Below, piece by piece: positions 22,130 through 29,694 of a stretch of DNA of 64,000 nucleotides. The notes below the pieces were generated by a model, which saw only the letters and a program-made list of their open reading frames with translations, ran no database searches and was not told where the DNA came from. This stretch comes from Solirubrobacteraceae bacterium. GTDB lineage: Bacteria > Actinomycetota > Thermoleophilia > Solirubrobacterales > Solirubrobacteraceae. Within the stretch, counting starts at the first letter, position 1; the number at the start of each line of letters is the position of its first letter. The DNA is taken from assembly GCA_036561565.1 (NCBI GenBank), contig DATBPB010000066.1:14211-78210 (forward strand). Reading direction: 5' to 3'. A program made the translations under genes and the position numbers.

Positions 22130-22933
22130 CTAGCCGGCCGGGAGCCAGCCCCACAGCATCCCGTACCCCTCGCGCTCGGTGCCGGGGATCAGCGCCGTGC
22201 GCATCCCGGCGTCGGTGAGGATCTGCTCGGCCTCGGCGCGGCGGTCGACGCCGGCGAGCTCGGCCGGGTGGTACTCGAGCACGACCACGCGCGGCGGGTC
22301 GGCGGCGAAGCGCGCATCGGCGATGATCGGCCACTCCCCGCCCTCGACGTCGATCTTGACGAACTCGGCGCCGCAGATCGCGGGCAGCACGTCGCGCATC
22401 TCGACGCTGACGACGTTCTCCCCGGGCGGAGCATCGCCAACGACCATGAACGACGACGGCCCCCGGTCGATCGCGAAGCGCGCGTTCCCGTCGGCGGTGC
22501 CTGCGGCTGCGCGCACCAGCGTCCAGCGATCGGCCAGGCCGTTCTCGGCGATCGTGCGCTCATGGACCGCCGCGTTGCCGGGGTCGGGCTCGTAGGCGAC
22601 GATCGCGGCCGCCGGCCAGCGCGTCACCGCGAGCGCGCCGAACAGGCCGATGTTGGCGCCCAGGTCGATGATCTCGCGCGGACTGCCCAGCGCGCGCTCG
22701 ACCTCAGGCGGCGTGGCGTACCAATCCGCGCCGAAGACCTCGACGAGCGTCGCCGCGTCGACGCTGCGATGGCGGATCGCGACGCGCACGCCGTTCTTTC
22801 GAAGCGTGTAGACGAAGACACCCGGCGGGCGTCGCAGCTCGCCCCAGAAGAACGCGCCCGACTCGCGCACGAGCCGCGCGGCGATCAGCCGCGCACGCAC
22901 GCTGTCCAGCCCGCGGCGCAGGAGGGCGCTCAC
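22130..22933 (-). CDS. FkbM-family methyltransferase
   Basis: In-frame GTG at 22933 overlaps the upstream stop (GTGA). Motifs: IIDLGANIGLF…AYEPDP…FVKIDVEGGEWPI. The N-terminal 200 aa of the track ORF is an Arg/Ala-rich read-through over the upstream gene. Confidence 0.8.
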   Translation of the reverse strand: MSALLRRGLDSVRARLIAARLVRESGAFFWGELRRPPGVFVYTLRKNGVRVAIRHRSVDAATLVEVFGADWYATPPEVERALGSPREIIDLGANIGLFGALAVTRWPAAAIVAYEPDPGNAAVHERTIAENGLADRWTLVRAAAGTADGNARFAIDRGPSSFMVVGDAPPGENVVSVEMRDVLPAICGAEFVKIDVEGGEWPIIADARFAADPPRVVVLEYHPAELAGVDRRAEAEQILTDAGMRTALIPGTEREGYGMLWGWLPAG

Positions 22934-23799
22934 AGGCGCGCCTTCGCGAGGCGGATGAGCCGGTAGAGCGGCGCCGCGACCGGGCGCAGGGTGATGAACG
23001 CCTCGGCCCGAGCCCGCAGGTGTCGCAGCGAGCGCGTGCGGCGCAGGCCGCCGGGGGTGAGCACGTGGGTCGAGTTGTAGGGGTTGAACGTGTAGCGCTC
23101 GATCCCGGTCGCGAGCTCGCGGTTGCGGGCAGCCTCGGGCCCCTCCCACGACCCGGCGCCGCCCGACACGTGCGCGTAGCCGTGGTTCTGGTGGATCGCA
23201 AGGACGCTGGGCGTCATGTCGATCAGCGGCATTCGAAGCTCGCGCGCGCGACCGATCAACCAGTTGTCCCAGCCCGGTCGCCCGACCGCGAACGGCGGCA
23301 GGCCGAAATCCGTCTCGCGCCGGAACACGAAGTAGTCGCTGCCGCGGCCGAGGTCGAGCGACCCGGTCGCCAGCGCGCGCGCGCGAAGCGCGGCGCCGCC
23401 GTCTGAGAAGTCGACGGGCTCGGTCACGTCGGTGTCCCAGCGGCGCCCGATCGCCAGGTGATCGCGATCGCGCGGCAGCCGTCTGACAGCGGCGGCGAAG
23501 TCCTCTAGCAGGATGATGTCGCCGTTCACGTAGCACAGCCTCGGCGCGCTCGAGCGCTCCCTCGCGAGCGCGAACGCCGAGTCCAGCAGCGGTGTTCCGT
23601 ACTCGTTCTTGGCGACGTCGCCGACGTACTGCGCGCCCGCCGCGCGCGCGGCCTCCGCGACGCCGGGATCCTCACCCATGACGATCAGCTCGACGCCCGG
23701 CGCCAGCGCTCTCCAGCTCGCCAGCGCGTTGCGCTGGATCAGCGAGACGTGCTGGTCGACGAAGCCCTTGGGGAGCGTGAAGAGCGTCAGCTCGGCCAT
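22930..23799 (-). CDS. Uncharacterised protein, possibly nucleotide-diphospho-sugar transferase-like
   Basis: 289 aa with balanced composition. Motif: MAELTLFTLPKGFVDQHVSLIQRNALASW…LCYVNGDIILLEDF (D-x-x-x-x-x-D acidic patch). It is overlap-coupled to the downstream FkbM gene. The function is a guess. Confidence 0.45.
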   Translation of the reverse strand: MAELTLFTLPKGFVDQHVSLIQRNALASWRALAPGVELIVMGEDPGVAEAARAAGAQYVGDVAKNEYGTPLLDSAFALARERSSAPRLCYVNGDIILLEDFAAAVRRLPRDRDHLAIGRRWDTDVTEPVDFSDGGAALRARALATGSLDLGRGSDYFVFRRETDFGLPPFAVGRPGWDNWLIGRARELRMPLIDMTPSVLAIHQNHGYAHVSGGAGSWEGPEAARNRELATGIERYTFNPYNSTHVLTPGGLRRTRSLRHLRARAEAFITLRPVAAPLYRLIRLAKARL

Positions 23800-23889
23800 C
23801 TCGCCCGGCCACCCTACCGGGCGCCAGAGCGGATCCGGCGCGGGCGCCGGCCGCCCGCGGCGCCGTCCGGCCCACTAGCCTCAGCCTCA

Positions 23890-24969
23890 ATGGCGATCCC
23901 GCTGTTCGACTCCCGCACTCCGCTCGAGCCGCTCCGCGAGCAGCTTCACGAAGCGCTCGAGCGCGTCCTCGACAGCGGCCGCTTCATCCTCGGCCCCGAG
24001 GTCGAGGCGTTCGAGCGCGAGTTCGCGCAGCACCTTGGCGCGCGTCACGCGATCGGCGTGGCGAACGGCACCGACGCCCTGACGATCGCCCTTCGGGCGA
24101 TGGGCGTCGGTCCCGGCGACGAGGTCGTCGTCCCCTCGTTCACCTTCTACGCGACCGCCGAGGCCGTCCCCCACACCGGCGCGACGCCGATCTTCGCCGA
24201 CATCGACCCGGCGACGATGCTGATCACCGCCGACACGGTCCGCGCGGTGCTGACGCCGCGCACCAAGGCGGTCATCGCCGTGCACCTGTTCGGCAACGTC
24301 GCGCCGGTCGAGGAGATCGAAGCGCTCGGCGTCCCGGTCCTCGAGGACGCCGCGCAGGCGGCCGGCTCGATCGCCCCGGGGGGCCGGCGGCCAGGCGCGC
24401 TGGGCACGGCGGCGACGTTCAGCTTCTACCCCTCCAAGAACCTCCCCGCCTTCGGCGACGCCGGGGCGATCTCGACCTCAGACGATGAGGTCGCAGAGCG
24501 CGCGCGCCTGCTGCGCTTCCACGGCTCGAGCGACAAGGAGCGCTTCGAGCTGGTCGGCTACAACTCGCGCCTGGACGCGATCCAAGCGGCGATCCTGCGC
24601 GTCCTGCTGCCGCACCTTGACGGCTGGGCCACGGCTCGCCAGGCGGCCGCGGCCGCTTACGAGGCGGCGGGGCTCGGCGATCTCGTGACGCTCACGCAGA
24701 CAGCGCCCGGCTCGCGAGCGGCGTGGCATCTCTACGTCGTTCGCACGCCCGACCCCGACGGCCTGGCGGTCAAGCTCGCAAGCCAGGGAATCGAGGCGCG
24801 CGGCTACTACCGCGTGCCGCTGCACCGCCAGACCTCGCTGCAAGCTGCCGCCGAGCTCCCGCACACCGACGCGGCCTCCGCCACCAACCTCGCGCTGCCG
24901 ATCGGCCCGGCGCTGACAGACGAACAGGTCGCCGAGGTCGTCACCGCGGTCGCCGCCGCAGTCGGCTGA
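23890..24969 (+). CDS. DegT/DnrJ/EryC1-family PLP aminotransferase, WbpE-like
   Basis: In-frame ATG at 23890. Motifs: GRFILGPEV…VANGTDALTIAL…VVVPSFTFYATAEAV…LEDAAQA…FSFYPSKNLPAFGDAGAI…GYNSRLDAIQAAIL. This parallels the WbpE sequence as I remember it, including the PLP lysine in YPSK. Confidence 0.85.
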   Translation: MAIPLFDSRTPLEPLREQLHEALERVLDSGRFILGPEVEAFEREFAQHLGARHAIGVANGTDALTIALRAMGVGPGDEVVVPSFTFYATAEAVPHTGATPIFADIDPATMLITADTVRAVLTPRTKAVIAVHLFGNVAPVEEIEALGVPVLEDAAQAAGSIAPGGRRPGALGTAATFSFYPSKNLPAFGDAGAISTSDDEVAERARLLRFHGSSDKERFELVGYNSRLDAIQAAILRVLLPHLDGWATARQAAAAAYEAAGLGDLVTLTQTAPGSRAAWHLYVVRTPDPDGLAVKLASQGIEARGYYRVPLHRQTSLQAAAELPHTDAASATNLALPIGPALTDEQVAEVVTAVAAAVG

Positions 24970-25000
24970 GCGTGGCGGGGGACCGGGCGCGGCTTCGCCG

Positions 25001-25813
25001 TCAGCCGCCAGCCTCGCTCGGCGCGTCGGATCCCCGCGCCGGCGGCACCGGCTTTCGCCCGAAGTAGAACACGACTCCTTCGGTGGCCCACCCACACGAG
25101 ATCTCCTCGAACTCCGACATCCACACGCGCATCCCGTCGACCGTGGCCCGCCAGAAGTCTCCACCGAAACTGTACTTCTCGCCGATCGTCGAGTCCCCGC
25201 CGGTGTGGTAGGGCTGCCAGAACGGCAGCTCGGCATAGAGGAATCCCCCCGGCACAAGCACCCTGTGGAGCTCGTCGATCGCCCGTTGCGGGTCGTGGAT
25301 GTGCTCGAGGATCGCGCAGCACATCGCCAGCGCGAAGCGCCCGCTCCAATCGCCGGGCAGCTCGTGGACGTCGTAGTGGTAATCGACGGCCGGCGACGGG
25401 TCGTAGAGGTCGACGGCGATCCAGCGCGGGCCGAACTTGCCGTCGCCGTAGCGCCCCAGACCGACCTGCAGGAACTCGCCGTCCTTCGCAAGACCGGTGA
25501 TGAAAGGCTCGGACCGGCCGTAGAGCTGCAGCGACAGGAAGCGGCGGTAGGACTGCCCGGTCGCGGTCAGGGTCTCGGGCAGGTAGCCGAGCGGGTTTGA
25601 CGGCGCGTGAGGTTCCGTCGGGTTGATGACGTAGTCCTGGAGCCGGCGAACGTCCGCCTCCAGGTGCCCCTTCTCGAGCGCCAAGATGCCGACGTCGCGC
25701 CGCAGGTTGGCGAGCTCCGCCATGAACGCGGCGACCGGCGGGAGCGCCATGGCGAGGCGCTTCATCACCCGCGCGCCCGCGGCCCGGCAGCGTCGGAGCA
25801 TCTCAGCCTCCAT
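25001..25813 (-). CDS. Methyltransferase-like protein with N-terminal coiled-coil segment (tandem paralog 2)
   Basis: In-frame ATG at 25813 shares 1 nt with the upstream stop. Motifs: FLQVGLGRYG (motif-I-like), WIAVDL, and FALAMCCAILEHIHDP…LVPGGFLYAELP. About half its positions match the upstream neighbour. Confidence 0.65.
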   Translation of the reverse strand: MEAEMLRRCRAAGARVMKRLAMALPPVAAFMAELANLRRDVGILALEKGHLEADVRRLQDYVINPTEPHAPSNPLGYLPETLTATGQSYRRFLSLQLYGRSEPFITGLAKDGEFLQVGLGRYGDGKFGPRWIAVDLYDPSPAVDYHYDVHELPGDWSGRFALAMCCAILEHIHDPQRAIDELHRVLVPGGFLYAELPFWQPYHTGGDSTIGEKYSFGGDFWRATVDGMRVWMSEFEEISCGWATEGVVFYFGRKPVPPARGSDAPSEAGG

Positions 25814-26547
25814 CACGCGGCGCTCGCCTCGGCGGGCTTGCGGCCAAAGAAGTAGACGACGCCCTCGTCGGCCCAGCCGCTCGACAGCTCCTGGAACCCC
25901 GCGGCCCAGATGCGAAGGCCGTCGACCGTCGCGCGCCAGAAATCGCCACCGACGCCATCCTGCCCGTCCCCGAACGTCCGGTACGGCTGCCAGAACGCCA
26001 TCTCCAGATAGACGTAACCGCCCGGGGCGAGGACTCTGTGGAGCTCGGCGACGGCCTTGCGCGGATCCGGTATGTGCTCGAGGACCGCGTTGCACAGCGC
26101 GAGGGCGAAGCGGCGCTCCCACTCGGCCGGCAGCGCGCCGTCACCGTCGAGGACCGGCGCGGGGTCAAGAAGGTCGAGCACCGTCCAGCCGGGACCCAAC
26201 TCAAACGGCCCGTGGCGGCCCACGCAGACCTGGAGATACTCGCCGCGATCAGCCAGGCCGACGATCGCGGGAGCGCCCGCCGAACATATCTGGCGAGTCA
26301 GGTACTCACGGTAGGCCTGGCCGCTGCACGGCACGCTCGACGGTATGTGGCCGCTGGGGTTCGTCGGCGGCCGGGGCGCGGCGGGGTGGACGATCTGCTG
26401 CGTCAACCCGCGCACCACGGCCTCAAGCTCGCCCTTCTGCAGCTGCAGGATCCCCCTGGCGACCCTCAGGTCCCGCCGCTCGCTGACGAGCGCATCGATG
26501 CGCCGATTCCTGCGCAGGATCTTCTTGATCAGACGCTCGGCGAACAC
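25813..26547 (-). CDS. Methyltransferase-like protein with N-terminal coiled-coil segment (tandem paralog 1)
   Basis: 244 aa. Motifs: YLQVCVGRHG, WTVLDL, FALALCNAVLEHIPDP…LAPGGYVYLEMAFWQPY…GGDFWRATVDGLRIW. Collinear with the 25001..25813 product. Confidence 0.65.
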   Translation of the reverse strand: MFAERLIKKILRRNRRIDALVSERRDLRVARGILQLQKGELEAVVRGLTQQIVHPAAPRPPTNPSGHIPSSVPCSGQAYREYLTRQICSAGAPAIVGLADRGEYLQVCVGRHGPFELGPGWTVLDLLDPAPVLDGDGALPAEWERRFALALCNAVLEHIPDPRKAVAELHRVLAPGGYVYLEMAFWQPYRTFGDGQDGVGGDFWRATVDGLRIWAAGFQELSSGWADEGVVYFFGRKPAEASAA

Positions 26548-26576
26548 CCTGTTCGGGTGGGGTTGCTTGCGGTCCG

Positions 26577-27290
26577 CTAGCGCCAGCGCTCGAGCAGCTC
26601 CTCGTCGCCGACCTCGCCGACGACTCGCGCCGGCACGCCGAGCACGACGGCGCGCGGCGGAACGTCGCGCGTGACGACGGCGCCGGCGCCGACGAACGCC
26701 TCCTCGCCGACCGTCACCCCGGGCACGAGCACCGCGCCGCCGCCGACGCGGCAGGCGCGGCGCAAGAGCGCGCCGCGCAGCTCATAACCGTCGTCGTGGC
26801 GCGCCATCGTGTCGTCGTTGGTCGTGACGACCCCGGGGCCGATGAAGACGTCGTCCTCGACGACGCTCCCGCCGGTCAGGTAGACCGCGGTCTGGATGCG
26901 CGCCCGCGCGCCGACGACGACCTCGGGGTCGACGACGCTGCCGCGGCCGATCACAGCGCCGGCGCCGATCCGCGCGCGCTCGCGAACGAACGCCTGGTCG
27001 CCGATGATCGCCCCCGCGCCGAGCAGCCCGCCGGCGAAGACGATCGCCAGGGCACCGACGCTCGCGCCCACCTCGAGCACCAGCGCTCCGGGGTCGGCCC
27101 GCGACGCGCTCGAGTGCGCGGCCAGATACGGCCGGCGGCCGAGCACCGCGCCGTCGCCGACGACGCAGCCCGCACTGACCACGACACCGTCGTGGATCGT
27201 CACGCCCACGCCCAACCCCACATCGTCGGCGATCGACACGCCCGCGCCGACATGCAGCCCCGGCGCTCGCGGATCGCCGCGCAGGCTCAC
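26577..27290 (-). CDS. Left-handed beta-helix (hexapeptide-repeat) N-acetyltransferase, WbpD/WlbB-like
   Basis: In-frame GTG at 27290 overlaps the upstream stop (GTGA). It has a long run of hexapeptide repeats (VGAGVSIADDVGLGVGVTIHDGVVVSAGCVVGDGAVLG… IGAGAVIGRGSVV…). Confidence 0.8.
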   Translation of the reverse strand: MSLRGDPRAPGLHVGAGVSIADDVGLGVGVTIHDGVVVSAGCVVGDGAVLGRRPYLAAHSSASRADPGALVLEVGASVGALAIVFAGGLLGAGAIIGDQAFVRERARIGAGAVIGRGSVVDPEVVVGARARIQTAVYLTGGSVVEDDVFIGPGVVTTNDDTMARHDDGYELRGALLRRACRVGGGAVLVPGVTVGEEAFVGAGAVVTRDVPPRAVVLGVPARVVGEVGDEELLERWR

Positions 27291-28276
27291 GCCCGGCTCG
27301 CTTCGAGTGAGTCCTGCAGCCGCGCCAGCACGCGCACGACCCGCAGCCCGCTCTCGCCGTCCGAGCGCGGCACGCGTCCCTCGCGGATGCACTCCACGAA
27401 GTGCTCGACCTCGAGCCGCAGCGGCTCGGTCGAGGGCACGCGCGGGCTCTCCGAGGCCCCCGAGCGAGCGATGTACTCACCCCACGAGTCGGCGCGCTCG
27501 TCGAAGCCCTTGTCGTAGACGGTCAGCTTGCGCTCGAGCTCCATGTCGTCGAACGTCGCCATCCGCCGCGAGCCGACGACGGTCAGCCGCCGCTCCTTGT
27601 GCGGGTCAAGCCACGACAGGTGCAGGTGCGCGGCGAGACCGGACTCGAAGCGCATGAAGGCGAACACGACATCCTCGATGCCGGGCCGCATGTAGCAGGC
27701 GCCGCGCGCCTCCAGCTCGACCGGCTCGGCGCCGACCAGGCCGAGGATCACGGCGACGTCGTGCGCGCCGAGGCTCCACAGCGCGTTCTCATCCGAGCGC
27801 AGCTGCCCGAGGTTCAGCCGCTTGGAGTAGATGTAGTGGAGGTAGCCGAGCTCGCCGTCGGCGATCAGGCGTGCCAGCGCGAGCACCGCGGGGTGGTACT
27901 CGAGCAGGTGACCGACCATCAGCACCCGCCCCGACTCCCCCGCGGCGTCGAGCACCCGCTGGGCGTCCGCCACCGAGCCCGCGAGCGGCTTCTCGACGAA
28001 GCAGTGCTTCCCGGCCTCGAGCACCGCCACGGCCACGTCGGCGTGTGTTCCAACGGGGGTCGCGATGAGCACGCCGTCAAGCGACGGGTCGGCCAGCGCC
28101 TCCTCGAGCGACGCGCTCATGCGCGCCCCTCCCGAGACGGCCGCCGCCCGCTCCCGCGCGCCCTCGTCGACGTCGCAGCACCACGTCAGGCGCGCCCCCG
28201 CGACGGCCGCGACGTTGCGCGCCAGGTTCGGCCCCCAGTAGCCTAGCCCCGCGACGGCGAGCGAGATCTCGCTCAA
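27287..28276 (-). CDS. Gfo/Idh/MocA-family NAD-dependent sugar oxidoreductase, WbpB/WlbA-like
   Basis: Motifs: ISLAVAGLGYWGPNLARN (Rossmann fold), …EKPLA…, VGHLLEYHPA. I chose TTG at 28276 because it makes a TTGA overlap with the upstream stop. The alternative start is 28330 (track ORF). Confidence 0.75.
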   Translation of the reverse strand: MSEISLAVAGLGYWGPNLARNVAAVAGARLTWCCDVDEGARERAAAVSGGARMSASLEEALADPSLDGVLIATPVGTHADVAVAVLEAGKHCFVEKPLAGSVADAQRVLDAAGESGRVLMVGHLLEYHPAVLALARLIADGELGYLHYIYSKRLNLGQLRSDENALWSLGAHDVAVILGLVGAEPVELEARGACYMRPGIEDVVFAFMRFESGLAAHLHLSWLDPHKERRLTVVGSRRMATFDDMELERKLTVYDKGFDERADSWGEYIARSGASESPRVPSTEPLRLEVEHFVECIREGRVPRSDGESGLRVVRVLARLQDSLEASRA

Positions 28277-29508
28277 AGCCGCACCACGTTCGCGGCCGGG
28301 CGCGTGACCCCGCGCAGGTCGAGCAGGCACGGCACGGCTGAGGCGGCCGCGTCGTGGTCGACGCCGGGCTGGGCGGTCACGATCACCGCGCAGTCCGCGC
28401 CGCCGAGCGCCTCATCGAGCGGCAGCGACGCGAGCCCCGGTCCCTCGAGCGAAGGGACCAGCGCGTCGTGGTACACGACGTCGGCCCCGAGGCCGCGTAG
28501 CAGCTCGATCAGCTTCAGCGCCGGCGACTCGCGGACGTCGCCGACGCCGGGCTTGTAGCTGACGCCGAGCAGCGCGATCCGCGCCCCGCGAACCGCCTGG
28601 CCGCGGTCGTTGAGCATCCGCTGGAGCTTGGCCGCGCAGTGGTAGGGCATCTGCTGGTTGAGCTTGCCGGCGAGCTCGATGAACTCGACCGGCATGTCGA
28701 ACTCGCGCGCGCGCCAGGCCAGATAGAACGGGTCGACCGGCAGGCAGTGGCCGCCCATCCCCGGCCCCGGCTCGAAGCGCATGAAGCCGTAGGGCTTGGT
28801 CGCGGCCGCGTCGATGACCTCCCAGATGTCGATCCCCATCCGGTCGGTGAGCATCGCGAGCTCGTTGACGAGGGCGATGTTGACCGCGCGGAAGATGTTC
28901 TCGAGCAGCTTCGTCAGCTCGGCGACCTCGGGGCTCGACACGCGCACGATCTCGTTGCAGACGAGCCGGTAGAGCTCGACGGCGGCGTCGGTGCAGGCGT
29001 CGGTCAGTCCGCCGACGACCTTCGGCGTGCTCGCCAGCGTGTGGTCGGTGCGGCCGGGGTCGACGCGCTCGGGCGAGAAGGCGAGGTTGAAGTCGATCCC
29101 GGCGCGCAGGCCGCCGCGCTCGAGCAGCGGCGCGACGCGCTCGCGGGTCGTGCCGGGATAGCTCGTCGACTCGACGACGACGAGCTGGCCGGCCACCAGC
29201 ACCGAGCCGAGGTCGGTGGCGCTCGACAGCAGCGCGCCGAGGTCGGGCTCGCGGTTGGCCGACAGCGGCGTCGGCACGCAGATCAGCACCGCGTCGGCGC
29301 CGGCGAGCGGCGCGTAGTCGCTCCCGAGCTCGAGCCGCGCGGCCGCGAGCGCGGCGTCAGCGACGTCCTCGACGTAGGAGCGCCCGCCGACAAGCGCCGC
29401 GATCCGCTCCTCGTCGGTGTCGACGCCGAGCACGTCGACGCCGGCTGCTGCGAAGGCGACGGCCAGCGGCAGCCCCACGTAACCGAGACCGACGATGCCG
29501 ACTCGCAT
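28273..29508 (-). CDS. UDP-N-acetyl-D-hexosamine 6-dehydrogenase (nucleotide-sugar dehydrogenase, WbpA/WecC-like)
   Basis: 411 aa. Motifs: MRVGIVGLGYVGLPLAVAFA, …GGHCLPVDP… (catalytic Cys), and LGVSYKPGVGDVRESPA. Confidence 0.85.
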   Translation of the reverse strand: MRVGIVGLGYVGLPLAVAFAAAGVDVLGVDTDEERIAALVGGRSYVEDVADAALAAARLELGSDYAPLAGADAVLICVPTPLSANREPDLGALLSSATDLGSVLVAGQLVVVESTSYPGTTRERVAPLLERGGLRAGIDFNLAFSPERVDPGRTDHTLASTPKVVGGLTDACTDAAVELYRLVCNEIVRVSSPEVAELTKLLENIFRAVNIALVNELAMLTDRMGIDIWEVIDAAATKPYGFMRFEPGPGMGGHCLPVDPFYLAWRAREFDMPVEFIELAGKLNQQMPYHCAAKLQRMLNDRGQAVRGARIALLGVSYKPGVGDVRESPALKLIELLRGLGADVVYHDALVPSLEGPGLASLPLDEALGGADCAVIVTAQPGVDHDAAASAVPCLLDLRGVTRPAANVVRL

Positions 29509-29526
29509 TCAGGGCCAGAGTGTAGG

Positions 29527-29550
29527 GGGGCGGGTGCATGCACCCGCCCC
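29527..29550. repeat. Perfect 24-bp palindrome GGGGCGGGTGCA|TGCACCCGCCCC
   Basis: Read directly from the sequence. The centre lies between 29538 and 29539, 19 nt upstream of the ATG (29508, minus strand) of the wbpA-like gene. Confidence 0.9.
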
Positions 29551-29551
29551 T

Positions 29552-29679
29552 AGGTTCGGTGCATACCCCTTCAGGGCACACGTGCACCGAACCTGCGATC
29601 GGCGCATACCCCTGCGGGGCACATCCGCACCGAACCTGCGATCGGCGCATACCCCTGCGGGCACAGGTGCGCCGATCGC
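29552..29679. repeat. Nested repeat array: two 12-bp inverted-repeat pairs plus a 43-bp tandem duplication
   Basis: - Arm A, AGGTTCGGTGCA (29552-29563), pairs with TGCACCGAACCT (29583-29594) and, in 11 of 12 positions, with 29627-29637.
- Arm B, GCGATCGGCGCA, occurs twice (29595-29606 and 29638-29649) and pairs with TGCGCCGATCGC (29668-29679).
- The unit GCACCGAACCTGCGATCGGCGCATACCCCTGCGGG(G)CACA occurs at 29584-29623 and 29627-29665 (period 43, one G indel).
- A third degenerate core, GCATACCCCTTCAGGGCACA, lies at 29561-29580. Confidence 0.9.
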
Positions 29680-29694
29680 TTCCTGGAAGGGGGT

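Noticed and set aside
22130-23536. Very long N-terminal extensions in track ORFs (for example 22130..23536, 42577..45015, 25001..26122, 9438..10658, 36019..37458, 44820..46130 and 45827..47176), which could be read as giant or fused proteins.
   Set aside because: The extensions overlap the preceding gene in another frame and are Arg/Gly/Ala-rich. In each case an in-frame ATG/GTG/TTG lies exactly at or overlapping the upstream stop codon, and recognisable domain sequence begins right after it.
29584-29665. The 43-bp direct repeats, considered as a possible mini-CRISPR array.
   Set aside because: There are only two full copies plus a degenerate third. They are directly abutting with no spacers, no cas genes are nearby, and the units are themselves built from inverted-repeat arms. 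I treat it as a structured regulatory or REP-like region instead.
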